From Lama guanicoe (Eukaryota), in the NCBI GenBank assembly GCA_013239625.1, contig MU054212.1:124001-188000 (forward strand): a DNA stretch of 64,000 bases, written 5' to 3'. Positions within the stretch are counted from its first letter, which is position 1, and every line of letters begins with the position of its first letter. Below the pieces are notes generated by a model, which was not told the origin of the DNA, did no database searches, and saw nothing but the letters and a program-made list of their open reading frames with translations. Positions 27,721-40,119 of this stretch are shown piece after piece. The position numbers and the translations under genes are program-made.

Positions 27721-29959
27721 TCCCAAAGTATTTGTGTGAGACAGGATAACTGGGGTCCTCGACGCCTCCTCATCCTCTGGGTCCTGGTTTAAATGTCACC
27801 TCTGTAGGGGACGTGTCATGGTCATCGGCACTGGGTTAGCTCCCCTGCCATGCTTCTGTAGTGCGTCTTGCCTCGGATTACTTAGTTAGCTGCCTCCTCC
27901 CAGAGAGGAACCAAAAAAAAAAAAAATCTCTCCTTGAAAAGCCCACAATTTCTGAAACTGGGAGCTCCGTGAAACTGATTGATTGCTTTTTGTACTATGC
28001 TAATTTTCATAAAATGTTAACATAAAACTTCTGGTTCTTTTAAGTTTTGCCAACAGGATACACATTAAAATTAAACATTATCACATGTACATTAAATATT
28101 GCCATTACCATAAAATCAATGAAAATTAATCCATAAGCAAATATTTTGAAAACTCTTATTTTAAAATAAAATAGCCCAATAACCAATATTAGGTGAATGG
28201 TTAAGTAAACGAGGTGAACCTATGTGATAGTACAGTCTGTAGACATTAAAAATACTATTCATAAAGAATTTGTAATAACATGGGGGAAATACCTGTTAAA
28301 TAGTATGGGTAAAATAATTGTTAGAAAAATGTAGAATGCTAAAGATCACACAAAAGACTAGTAAGATACAGTTAATGCTGCAAGTATGGATGATCAAAAC
28401 TTCTTACGTATTTTCTCCCTTTATGACCACAGCACAAGAACGAAAAGAAGGAGCTTTGGAAAAATGTTATTTAAGCATCCACCATTCCTATTTACCAAAC
28501 TATAAAAGAGGAAAAGAGTTTTCACTTGTGGTAACTTCCAAACTTTTCAATCTGATTTTTGTAGCATGAATTTAATGTTAATATTACTTCAATATAAGAA
28601 GAACCGAGCCAAAATAAACCAGCCAAGCAATTAACCAACAATTAAATCTTTCAGAATTCTCCATTTCCTTCTGAAGATTTTCGGCTACATTCTATTACAA
28701 CATTTATAATTATTTATAATTATAAATTTATAATTTATAATTATTCCATTTTTTATTTGTAGTCCCCTTGACAAAACTTATCAACACCTCCACTTAATCT
28801 GTTGAAACGCACATCAGTAGGCAAGTACATAACAAACGCCAGGTTATTCCACTGTCTTTATCTTGAGCAGTAATTAAAGAGCATTTGCTAAGCATTACTT
28901 GAACCCAGCATTATACCTGGTGTTATATAAAGCAGTCTGCACTGTAGACTTGGCCCCGAGCTCTAGAACCTTACAGCTAATGACCTGTGATCAACAGACT
29001 CATCTTTCCTTGAACTACATGACAAAAACCCTGGACCTAAAACCAAAGGAATTTACAGCTTTCCAAGAGAACATGATATTTGCTTTGACAGTTTCACATA
29101 GCTTTATCCTGGAGCCAGACAAAGAGCTGAAGTTTCATCTTCACTCGCCTTTCCAGGGATCAAGCTCTTTGATGGAAGGAGATCACTGGGAATCCATCCC
29201 TAGGCCTGGAGGTGTTAGAGGCAGAAACCAGACATACAAATCCTGCTCACTTTGGGCCTCTGGGAAAAATACCGAGCCATCATTGCCCTGATCTACCAGT
29301 CTCATGTTGCCCGTCGCCTCCAATGTCAGCACAAACGCTGACTCCTAGCACTCTGTGTGTCTGGAAAGTGGGAGGAGAGGAATGGGAGGACAAGAGGTGT
29401 GGAGAAGAGCCAGCTAGTGACGCCTGCCCAGAGTGCAGGCAGACCTTGTCATGCTCTGGGCTGGTGTTTGAAAGGTTCTACTGCTGCTCCTGCCCGGCAC
29501 CCAAACACCTATCACTGTAAGCTTAACTTTTAGTATCCTATTCTTACCCCCAATCCTGCAAAGCAGGATATTTGTTTTTCTCACAGATCCAACTTCAGCA
29601 CTCTTTTTAAGCAAAATTTTTACAAGCAATAGATAGTCCTAGTGCCAATGTATCCTAGCCAGTTTCTGTAGTCAAAGTGAAAAAAAGAAAGGGAACTTTA
29701 TAAAAACTGGTGTTGTGGAATGGAAACAGACACAATAAACAATAGCCGGTGTGCACATGTAGTGACCTACAGATTTCTTGACATGTCATACGTAGATTTT
29801 TGAGAGGCAGGTGGCATTTTCTAATGGGGAGCCCAGAACTGGGAAACTCTTTGAAATAATAGTCAAATACAGCATTCGGGTTGCTATATGGCAAAATTGG
29901 GAAGAAATATCTTGCTGTGCATCTAAAATACCTTCTCAGAATGGAGACATAACTTGTAG

Positions 29960-30720
29960 GATGTACATGAATATGAAGCAACCCGGCATGACCAACATGA
30001 CCATGTGTTGGAGCTACTCCCAACATGCAGTGTGTTAGAAGAAATGAAAGTGGGTCAGATTGGCTAGAACCGGGTACAGGGGTGGGGGGAGGTGGTGAAA
30101 GTCACTGGAAGACAACGAAAAAGAGGTAAGTAGGACAATTCATGACGGGCCTCACTGGTCCTTTTGAAGGGCTGAATATCATTTAAGTGTTTCAGCACAG
30201 TTATTGAATGATTAGAAAAATTATTCTTGTTGAAACGTGGAGAATGGTTTGAAGGCAGGCAAAAGTAGAGTCAGAAAGGCCAGCTGCAATATCTAAGCAA
30301 GGATGACAGTGGCCTAGGCTGGGGTAGTGGCCATGGAGGCCATGAACGTTGAGGGACTTATATGCATTTGGGAGGTATTTAGGAGGTAGAATTGATCAGT
30401 CTTGGTGATTGACTAAGGATCTGGGGTGAGGGGAAGAGTGAAGGAGAGAGAAGAGCTTAGAATGACTGCCAGATTTTGCCTGAGGCATCAGGCATGAATG
30501 GATGGCTGCTGCACCAAGTCTATGAGGGGAGACCAGGAGAAGCACATTATGATAATAATCAATTCAGGTTTTGATGGGTTGGGTTAAAATATTTTTGGAA
30601 AAACCTCAGTGAAGATCTTTACTAGGCAATTGGATATACAGCTGTGAAGATCTGTGTTTTACTTACAGAGTTGGGAGCGATCCACACATAGATAATAAAT
30701 GAAGCTGTAGGTGTGCTGGG
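29960..30720 (-). mobile_element. L2 fragment
   Basis: gatgacagtggcctaggctggggtagtggc, aggaggtagaattgatcagtcttggtgattgact, aggcaattggatataca. Confidence 0.75.
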
Positions 30721-30924
30721 GTGGGGGCAGGTTGTCTCGTAAGGAGGGACAGAAGGGCACATGCATGTCTGAGTACTCTGTTCATTCTTGGCAGCTTAGT
30801 GTAAATTCATTTAACAACCTTTCCCTAAGAGCAAGTTCTGGAGGGAGGCAGTATGTCACACTGGACTTAAGGATGACGGAGGGGCAACTGCCAAAGTGGG
30901 GAAGAGAAATAATCCTCAGGGTGG

Positions 30925-31088
30925 CCTTCATTACTGAGCACTTTCTATGTACCAGGCCCTGTGCTGAAAGCTTTATATACATTGCTCTTTTGAATTTAAT
31001 TCAATTCTTACAAAAATCCTCCATAAGGTACATATTATTATTACCATTTTACAATAACAAGAGCAAAACTTGGAGAGGTTAAGTAACT
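30925..31088 (-). mobile_element. MIR SINE
   Basis: ttactgagcactttctatgtaccaggccctgtgct...ccattttaca...agaggttaagtaact. Confidence 0.8.
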
Positions 31089-31089
31089 G

Positions 31090-31575
31090 TCTGCTGTTGG
31101 ATAAGGTAGCCGCTAACTGCATTAGCTATTTAGAGCTTGAAATGTATGACTGAGGGAGTTGTAAATTAAATTTAATTCAAATTCGATTTTATTTAATTTT
31201 AATTTAAAAACGAATACTGAATTCAGTCATTGGGAAACATTTAAGTATGTTTGGAAGCTTTGTTATGTGAATCAACTTTTCCAGCTGCAAGTTTTATGAC
31301 CTCTAAATACTGATCAAGTATTTCCAATGGAAAACTCGTATCTAAATTGAGATGTGCTGTTAGTGTAAAATATATACTGGATTTCAAAGACTTAGGGTAA
31401 AGAAAAGAATGCAAATACCTCAATAATTTTTATGTTGATTATGTGTTGAAAGCCTATTTTGGATTTACTGGGTTAAATAATATTATTAAAATTAATTTTA
31501 CCTGTTTTGTCTTTCGTTGGTTTTCTTTTCGTTGGTTATTCGAAAACTGTAAATCCCCTAAATGGCTTGTACAAG
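31090..31575. mobile_element. hAT-Charlie DNA transposon remnant (Charlie5/MER33-like)
   Basis: aattgagatgtgctgttagtgtaaaatatatactggatttcaaagactta; gggttaaataatattattaaaattaatttt. Confidence 0.75.
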
Positions 31576-31659
31576 ATTTCCCCTAAGGCTAACATGGGGT
31601 ATATGCCTGGGAAGCAGTGTCCCAACGGCTTGATATTTTAAGGATCTGGGCTCCAACAG

Positions 31660-32640
31660 AGGTGGACGCGCTCGTGCAGTCCCGCCCCAGTTGGACCGAA
31701 TCTCACCCGGTGCCTACGACCAGCCGGCTTTCCTGTTTGCCTTTTTGAACTCTGTTTTCTCTGAGCCTTGAAGAGCCAGGGGCTGTGATGTCACTGTATA
31801 AACAGAAGGGTGGGGGTGAAAGTTGCACTGGAGAGGACCAGGCAGTAGAGGAAGGTGGGGGTGGGGACGGGAGGTTTTCAAAGGTGGCGGGGTCTGGAGT
31901 GCGTGGGAGCAGCGGGAGACTGCAGTGTCGATAAAGAAGCATAATGGGACTGCCAGTCACTAAACTGGGGCGGGGACGGGGACGTGGCTGCAAGAGAGGG
32001 GGTTTGGAAAAATATGGGACGCCTAGAGCTAATTCCCCTGATTAAAAATGCATTAGTTTGGAGGTGTCAGGGACACGCAGCTGTTTTCAAGGAAAGCCTG
32101 GCTCCAAAAGGTCCTCCCCGTCCGGGCCGCCTGGCGGCTCCATCTCGGGGTGGATGTCAGCGAGCCCCCGGCCCGCCGACGCTTGTCCTCTCCCTGACAG
32201 GGCCCTGGCCAATGTCCTGCTGCTGAGGGTCGTGGTAATTTACATCCTCTCTGTGTACATTAACTTATCTGCAGCCGCGCTGGCTGCGCTCCTTCAGTCA
32301 GCCTGTCTCCTGTGCAGCCTGGGAGACTTCCCCCACCGACGGCCGGGGGCTGCAGGGGGAGCCGGGCCGCCGGGTTCCTGCGCCCTCGGAGTAACAACAA
32401 ACGCCTGCGAGGAGGAGCCCCGCCGCCTGGTCCCGACCCGGGACGCGGAGCGCTGTGCGGGGCCCGGCGTGGGAGGCCACGAGGGGACAGCGCGGGCAGG
32501 GCAGAGGCAGGCGGCCCGTGGCTGGAAGGGAAACACTTAGCGGCTAATTCATGACTCATGACTCATGTGCAGGCTCCTCTTCAGTGACAGCCGGGACAGT
32601 TACTGGTTATTTGTAGCCCCCCGGCTTTCATTTCGCAGTA
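31660..32640. promoter_or_regulatory. CpG-rich island / candidate promoter or enhancer
   Basis: Only CpG-dense block in the window (densest ~32110-32545); GC box ggggcgggg 31967-31975; TGATGTCA 31786-31793 then TATAAA 31797-31802; tandem TGACTCA at 32552-32565. Confidence 0.75.
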
Positions 32641-33714
32641 ATTAAGCAGTCATTTGAGGGTCATTTCATACCAGTTATAGGTTTCCCTGTTTTAATAATG
32701 TTTTAAGTTCCGGGGGGGCAACAGGGAGTGGAAGGGGAGGTTGGGAAGGAGGCGTGGAGGGCAAGAGGGTAATCGTCTCTGAGAACGTGTGCACTTTTCA
32801 TAACTCTTTCCCTGACAGGCCCCAGTGTGGAGTTTCCTCAGATGCCGACTCCCAAGTCTGCTTCACAGCGCGCAGGCCAGAGCCTCTTCCATGACACGAA
32901 CGGTCTGCCCCGAGAAGAGGTCTGGCCGTGTTTGAGTCAGATGCTGGATTTTCTTCTCTCCCCTCTGGCACCACACTAATCATTCTCTTTAATCACTGTA
33001 GCTTTTTAATGAGGCCAAGTAGGTATTTATGGAGCCGTCTACTCTCTAAACGCTAATGCTTGATAAGTCATTTATAACTTATCGGTGGGCTTTGCATGGG
33101 CCAAACCCAGAAGAAAGGAAGTGAGAGTAAAACAGAGTCTGGAGTTCGCTAGGGAAAATGCAGCATATCTTCAGGTCCTAGATGGTACCAAGCCCTTGTG
33201 GGAAAAGTTCAATCCATCAGGCATAAGAATAAGGAACAACCAGTCTGTCCCAGTTTTGTGAAAATTCCCTGGCTGTCATTCCTGATTTTCTTCATCCCTC
33301 CACTTTCTCCTCTGGCTGGTTCATGTATCTTTGGATATCATTTGGAGCTTCCATTCTAAGGCCAATTCTACAAAGTTCTTTAGAGAATTCTGGCGCCATT
33401 ACATTTGGAGGGTGCACAGATGCAAAAATGAAAGGACTGGAAAGAAATAAAGGACAGAAACCAGATTTCCTGTCATTGCAAAAGTAGGTGCCTCATGCTC
33501 CAAATTTCCGAAGATGTTAAAGTTAAAGCTGGACTATGTAGCAGCAGCAGGAGTGTAGTTGCCGTCAAAAGAGACAAGGAGAGAAAACCCCTTTAGGAAG
33601 GGTAGACGGAGTGGTGAGGAAGAAAGTAAGACAGGACCCCACAGACTAGAAAAAAAAATGCATCAATCCATCAACATACAAGAATTTTTAATACGCATTA
33701 AGGAGACTTTCAAA

Positions 33715-34098
33715 CTTTTCAGCCTTAAAAAAGGACCAAGTACTGAAATACATGACAACATGGACAAACCTTGAAAATATTATGCTAAGTGATAGAAGCC
33801 AGTTACAAAAAACCATGCGTTGTATGATTCCATTTATATGAAATGTCCAGAATAAGAAAATCTATAGAGACAGGAAGTATATTAGCAGTTGCCTTAAAGA
33901 GGGGTAGGGTGGAAAGAGGGAGGAATAACTACTTAAGGGTATAGAGTTTCTCTTTGGGGTGCTGAAAATGTTCTAGAATTGATTGTAGTGGTGGTGGTAA
34001 AACTCTGAATATACTAAAACCCACTGAATTATAAGCTGTAAATGGGTGAATTGTATGGCATATGAATTATATCTCAATAAGGCTGCTACCAAAAAAAA
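33715..34098 (+). mobile_element. L1MB-like 3' end
   Basis: acaacatggacaaaccttgaaaatattatgctaagtga...tatgattccatttatatgaaatgtccagaata...gaattatatctcaataa plus A tail. Confidence 0.9.
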
Positions 34099-34169
34099 GT
34101 TTTTAAAAAGTTAAATAGAAACAGGCCAAAAAAAAGTGCTATTTAAAAATGTTCTTGCTAAGCACACTA

Positions 34170-34295
34170 CTGCTTTATCCATGACGATGAATGTCATGTC
34201 CACCAGGGCAGGGAGTTTGTCTGGTTCTTCACTTGGTCCCTAGTGCCTAGAACAGTGCTGCTTATGGAAGATACTCAACAAATATTTGATGAAAG
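34170..34295 (+). mobile_element. L2 3' terminus
   Basis: agggcagggagtttgtctgg...ccctagtgcctagaacagtgc...actcaacaaatatttg. Confidence 0.75.
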
Positions 34296-36857
34296 ACAAC
34301 TTGCAAATAACCAGACTGGCCTAATTAAGATGTATACCACACTCACCCTGCCATCTCCTCTCCTCATCTTCTATCTAGCTTTCCAATAATACTTATTATT
34401 ATGATCATCACCATTACTCACACAGCTAGAAACAATAACTAACAGACAAAATTTTATCTATTTTGTGCCAGGCACTATACATATATTTGTCTCTAATCCT
34501 TATAAAACCCAGCAATGTAAACCCACTGAACCCAGGTCTGTCTGGCTCCCAAAGCTTTAGTCCATGATAAACACTGCCTCCTAAAAACACTAACCACAAA
34601 GGCAAGGAGGAGCATTGATGAATATGCATAGATACTCTGCCAAAGTCACTCATAAAGGAAACCAATTTTGTTTCTGTTTAAACCAAAAGAAGCATCATAA
34701 ACCCATCACTTAATTGACGATGGATTTTCTTATTTAAAATTATTATGGGTTATATCACCAACAAACATAGGAGTACTTACTATGAATGTAGCCCTGAGTG
34801 AAGCACTGGGAAGAGTTATAAAAGAAATTAACAGAGGAGCTTATACTCACGCCTGCGATAAAGGCCATTGTCCCTTTTTAAAAAATGAGTACTCAGTATG
34901 CTTGTCTAAGTAGTATACAAAAGGTTTAAACACACAAAGTCCTGGTTTCCTGACATTTGTTCCTAAAATTGAAACATTTTTGTGGAAATGCCAAGGACAA
35001 GGTCCAGAGCTCTATGGAGAACCACTTAAATGCTCCCTAACTGTGGCTGGGGAGGAACACAAGACTATATCCCAAGTATTTGAAAGCTGCTGTGGTGTCT
35101 GCATGGGCTTGAGCCTACTGCCTGGGTGTACATTACATGGTTAATATTTCTCATGTCAGTAATTCAAGGTTCCACACCCACATCCCAGCTAAGACTCAGA
35201 CTCACTAACTTATCTCACACATTTTAGTTAGTATATTATACCAACTATCAACTGAAGACACAAAAAACCTTCTAATCAAAGGTTCCCCTGTCTTACTTTA
35301 AGAATTTAGCTCTAAGGTTTATAATATGTAGCCCATTTTGCAGTTGAAGAAACCAATTAGCCTCTGAAACTACTTTGAAACTGTCCCAGAGATCTATAAT
35401 AGTATCAAGAAAAGATCACAAATAATTGTAGCAAGTTCTCCTCCCAACTCTTAGGTACATCCCCCATCTAAACTGATGAGAAGTGTTTCCTTCTGATTAA
35501 AAAAAAATTTTATACATATAATTTTTTCTTAGTTAAGTCTAAAAAGAATAACCCAGCCCATAGATGTGAGGAAAAAATCACAGTTCCTTCTATCTCCTCC
35601 ATATGGGAGATTCTAGAAGTGAAAGTCCAACCACTTAGGCTGAGGAGGTTCAAGAAACCTTACTCAGGACTTTGGAATGTGCCTGGGTACCATGTCTGTG
35701 GACTGGCCATCCACCCCTAAGCATATGTGGTTGTCACCCTCTAGTGGATGATCTATGATAACAGTTGGGTGACAAGAGTAAATGTCATAGAGGACTGACC
35801 TATCTCAAAGAGGTACATGACAGATAAGCCTGCACCAGGACTATTCAGTCCTGGATACATATTTCCCAGGAAAATGTGCAGTCATGGGCTGCTTATTGAG
35901 TCTGCAGTTCCTTGCTCCTTTTGACTCTACCTTTTGTGTTTCCTACTGGTATTGTGGCATTTTCAAGAACAATGCATATTTCCTTAAGGCAGACATCTCC
36001 TACAACTGAAAGAGTTCAAGGCAATTGATTTTCAGAAGTTATTTGCCTCCAGGCTGGCCTTGAAAGCTCTCTCTGTCTGTGGGTCTACTGAGTGTGCCCA
36101 TCTACTTAGCTGGCAATGTAGAGCTTGCCAAGTGAATGCCGCTCCTGTGTTGAATGATCTGATCTGCCTCGGGAAGCTGTGGACCAATAAATATTGCCTC
36201 GATATCCACTGTTGTCTAAGGAGCCTAAATATAACACTCTAAAAATGAAGTATAGCTTTGAATTTTATTACAAGATTCAAAATAAAATAACATGATTTTC
36301 TTGCTTCCATCTTATCAAGCACCTGAAGAACTGCATTTCTAAATCTGGATGAGAACTGAATTTCTACCTCATAGATAGTTTCTAGGAGGGAAGGGTTATG
36401 GGTACAGGAAATACTCCACATTCTCGAAAGCCTACATTCTGGTGCTTGCAGTTGCTCTGTGAGAATGTTCTGAAAGAAATCACTTTTCCAGAAGACAAGT
36501 ATAATTTCCTGAAGGTCTGTTTATTCATCAGCAGAGGAGTTGAATATTTCAAGTCAAGGGTGACCTTGGTTCTAAATCTGAGGTCAAATAATCAGAGTAT
36601 TGTAGAACTAAAATGCCTCTCCCTTTGTCTTACCCATTTGATAGATGAAGAAACTGAGGTTTGGCCAAGTTGGGTAGTGTTAGCTTGTTAGCTGATTACA
36701 AAGCTGGTACCCAGCAAGAGCCCCTTCTACATCACCTAGGCCCCTGCTCATCCTCTTACATCACTGAAGTCTCCCAAGTAGAATTTTCTTAGTGATTGTG
36801 AGAAAATCAGTTTTAGTCTTTGTTCATAGTAGTATATATTGTTTGGTTAGAAAGTAT

Positions 36858-37290
36858 TTTTTTATGGTGGCAAAATAAACTATTAACATAAAATTTACTA
36901 TTTTAACCATTTTTAATTGCACAGTTCAGTGGCATTAAGCACATTCACATTTTTTGTGCAACCATCACTACCATCCATCTCCAGAATTTTTCCATCTTCC
37001 CAAACAGAAACTCTGTACTCAGTGAACAATGACTCACCGTTCCTCCCTCCACTCAGCTCCTGATAACCACCACTCTGTTTTCCATCCCTATGAGTCTGGC
37101 TACTCTAGGTCTCTCATGTAGGTAGAATCATACAGTATTTGTCCTTTTCTGACTGGCTTATTTTACTTAGCATAATGTCTTCAAGGGTCGTCCATGTTGT
37201 AGCATGTGTCAGAATTTCCATCTTTTTAAGGCTGAATAATATTCCATTGTAAGTATATACCACATTTTGTTTATTTGTCAGTGGGCATTT
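36858..37290 (-). mobile_element. L1MB-like 3' end
   Basis: aacataaaatttactattttaaccattttt...cagttcagtggcattaagcacattcaca...ttttaaggctgaataatattccattgt. Confidence 0.9.
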
Positions 37291-39350
37291 GTGGAAAAGA
37301 TATTTTTAACACACAAGAAAAACAGATACAAATCTTCTTTAAGAAGTGAAAGCAAGAAGCTTCGTCTGCAAGAAACTTGAAACTACATTTTTGAAAAAGT
37401 CTATGGAGATTGCTAGAATAATTAAAGAATAATTTAGCAATTCCATGCAGACTTGTTTTAAAATTAAAGCCATGGGATTTGGTATTCTTATCTTTGTAGT
37501 CTCTGCCACCACATCCGACCTCATCGCAACATCAGTGTAAGGTCACGTGTAAGTACTCAATAAATGTGTGTTAAATTTCCAAGTCAGGCACAGGGAAAAT
37601 CAAATGTGGTCTATGTTGTCACAGACCATATTTAATGTTTCTGTTGATCATACCAGAAGAGGATCAAAGGTTCCCGGCAGAAATCTAGTAGAGGGAATAA
37701 TCTCCTGGAAGAACAATGTTTCCTTTAGGGTTCTCAATTTCAAGCAACTGAAGCTGACTCCAATGGTGCAAGTCCTAAAAGAGTTTATTAAAAGAATATT
37801 GTGAGGCTCGTGGAATTGCTGGATGGCTGGAGAACCAGGGTTGAAGCTTCCAAACCATGTTCAAAATGGACATGAGGAGGAAAACACAACCAAAGTTTAG
37901 GCCAACACTGAACAGTGGGTGTCCAGTTTGCACAGCTGCCAGGGCTTAATCGCACCCGACCACCACAACCTGGACCATTTCTGCACAAGATGCAAACCTT
38001 GCAACTCTTGCTGTCTCCCAAACCTAGATGTCTGGCCATCCACCTCAACAGCAAAATGGATTCCACCAAGCCCCTTCTTCAAGCTGTAAGGCATGTCTCA
38101 GGTAAGTACAGTGATCAGTGGGGTACAGGTCACAAGCACATGCCCGGCTACAAAGGTGGCTAGGAAGCAAGTTCTGTGTTTTCTCTCTGAAGGAGGTGGG
38201 ATACTTGAGGAAGACAATTATCCACACAGAAAAGATATTCAGAAGGTACTGGGCAGCCTCTGTTTAAGGTAAGGGCATGTGTTCCCTAAGATCATATGGC
38301 AGAGGAACAGATTAAAATCCTGACTGGAATAATTAGAATTGGCAATTAATTTCAAACACCATTAACACTTGTTATGGAAAAAGCAGAATGAATTGGCAAG
38401 TTTTCAGCCAGTTCATTTCAGTCCACACTGCCCTTATAAACCTACAAACCACCACTGGAGAACTCCTCCCTCTAGAAATAACTCTGGCCTTGATAAGGGA
38501 AACTAGAGCGTGATTAAGCAGTAATTGATAGCAGCTGAAATGTTTAAGGAAGGAGCCGTACCTTGTACTTAGATGTTTGAATTATTGTTCTAGCATTACT
38601 ACCTGTACATTTTATTTTATATTTTGATAGTGAAAGATAAATAATACATTATTGTTTTTAAGGTATATTCAAGTTGGAAAAGCAGAAGATATTAGACCAT
38701 ATGTTAAAACTTCTATTTCTATTATTCACATTTTATTAATTGACTCCTTCTCCCTCAACCAAATCCCACTAGGCCTGGAAGGAAGTCACTCCCCAAGGAC
38801 TAGCATTGCTGGCTCTGACCTACTAGAGACACAAACACAAAAGCAGTCACATGCATCACCATTAAAAAAAAAACTTGTAGTTAAATGTCAGAGTATAAAG
38901 AACCTAGTTTCATCTGACAATGGATTTTCTCCCACAGTTACCTCGAATGGGTCAGTCCCTAAGTATCACAAATTGTCATGATTTAAAAAAAAAACTAACT
39001 TTTATAAAAACCTATACATCTGAGTACCTTCAAGTAACTGATTCCAGGAATATCAGACCATTCCTGATAAAGTAACACAGATCAAGGAAATCCACCTCCT
39101 GAGAGGTATGTGCAATAACTGTCATTTTCCCCTAAGAATTAGTCCTTGGATTCTTCAACTACATATGATCTATGTTCATGAGAAATGATTCATTAAATAT
39201 ACAAAAGTTTATGGAGGAAAAAAACCTTTTATCTATATTTCAAACATTCCTGGTGTTCCAAAATTAACTGCTTTGGTTCATAAAAATGTTATTTAGCAAA
39301 ATTTTCCTTCTTTAAATGGCTAAGGGCAGTATATAAGTTTTTACCATTAA

Positions 39351-39793
39351 TTTAATTTTTTTACTGAAGTATAGTTAGCTTATAATGTTGTGTCAGTTTC
39401 TGGTGTAAAGCATAATGTTTCAGCCGTACATATACATATATTTGTTTTCATATTCTTTTCCATTATAGGTTACTACAAGATACTGAATATTGTTCCCTGT
39501 GCTATACAGAAGAAACTTATTTATCTGTTTTATATATAGTAGTATCTGCAAATCTCAAGCTCCTAATTTATCCCTTCCCAACCCCTTTCACCCCTGGTAA
39601 CCATAAGTGTTTTCTATGTCTGTAATTCTGTTTCTGTTTTGTAAATAAGTTCATTTCTGTCTTTTTTTTTCTTCTTAGATTCCACATATGAGTGATATGG
39701 TATTTTTCTTTCTCTTTCTGACTTACTTTGCTTAGAATGATAATCTCCTGGTCCTTCCATGTTGCTGCAAATGGCATAATTTTATTATTTTTA
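39351..39793 (-). mobile_element. Young L1 3' end, same family as 18789-19453
   Basis: actgaagtatagttagcttataatgttgtgtcagtttctggtgta...gttgctgcaaatggcat; minus-strand ORF MPFAATWKDQEIIILSKVSQKEK is typical L1 3'-end sequence. Confidence 0.9.
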
Positions 39794-39939
39794 TAAAATT
39801 CTACCTTTAAAAAGATCTATAATCTAATAAATGCACTATTAAAAAAAAAAGAAAATCATGGAGTCCAGAATAGAAAATAAAAGTCATATGCTAGAATAAA
39901 ATAATCTTTAGCCTGAAATAAAATTTCCAGATCATCTAA

Positions 39940-40119
39940 ACTAGCGTTGACCAATACATGGGGTAAGGATAGACTTTCCTAGTTTCTGATAAGTAATCAA
40001 TCAGCAATTTCCAGCTGAGCCCAGACATACCTAGTCTCATTATTCTTCTTCCAGAATTCTGGTAGCCTCTATCATTTACTCAGAGTTGGCATATATAAAG
40101 AAACTATTTGCCACCCCTG
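39940..40119 (-). mobile_element. MER91-like hAT-Tip100 element inside a MIR-like remnant
   Basis: Reverse complement begins caggggtggcaaatagtttc...tgccaactctg...gtctgggctcagc. Confidence 0.65.

Noticed and set aside
30123..30131. Perfect splice donor GAG|GTAAGT (another near 49877)
   Set aside because: Inside L2/L1 remnants with no matching acceptor
32058..32559. Overlapping Pro/Arg/Gly-rich ORFs in the CpG island
   Set aside because: Stop codons are rare in GC-rich DNA; ORFs are open on both strands with no family resemblance
39568..39777. ORF MPFAATWKDQEIIILSKVSQKEK...
   Set aside because: L1 3'-end sequence, not a host gene
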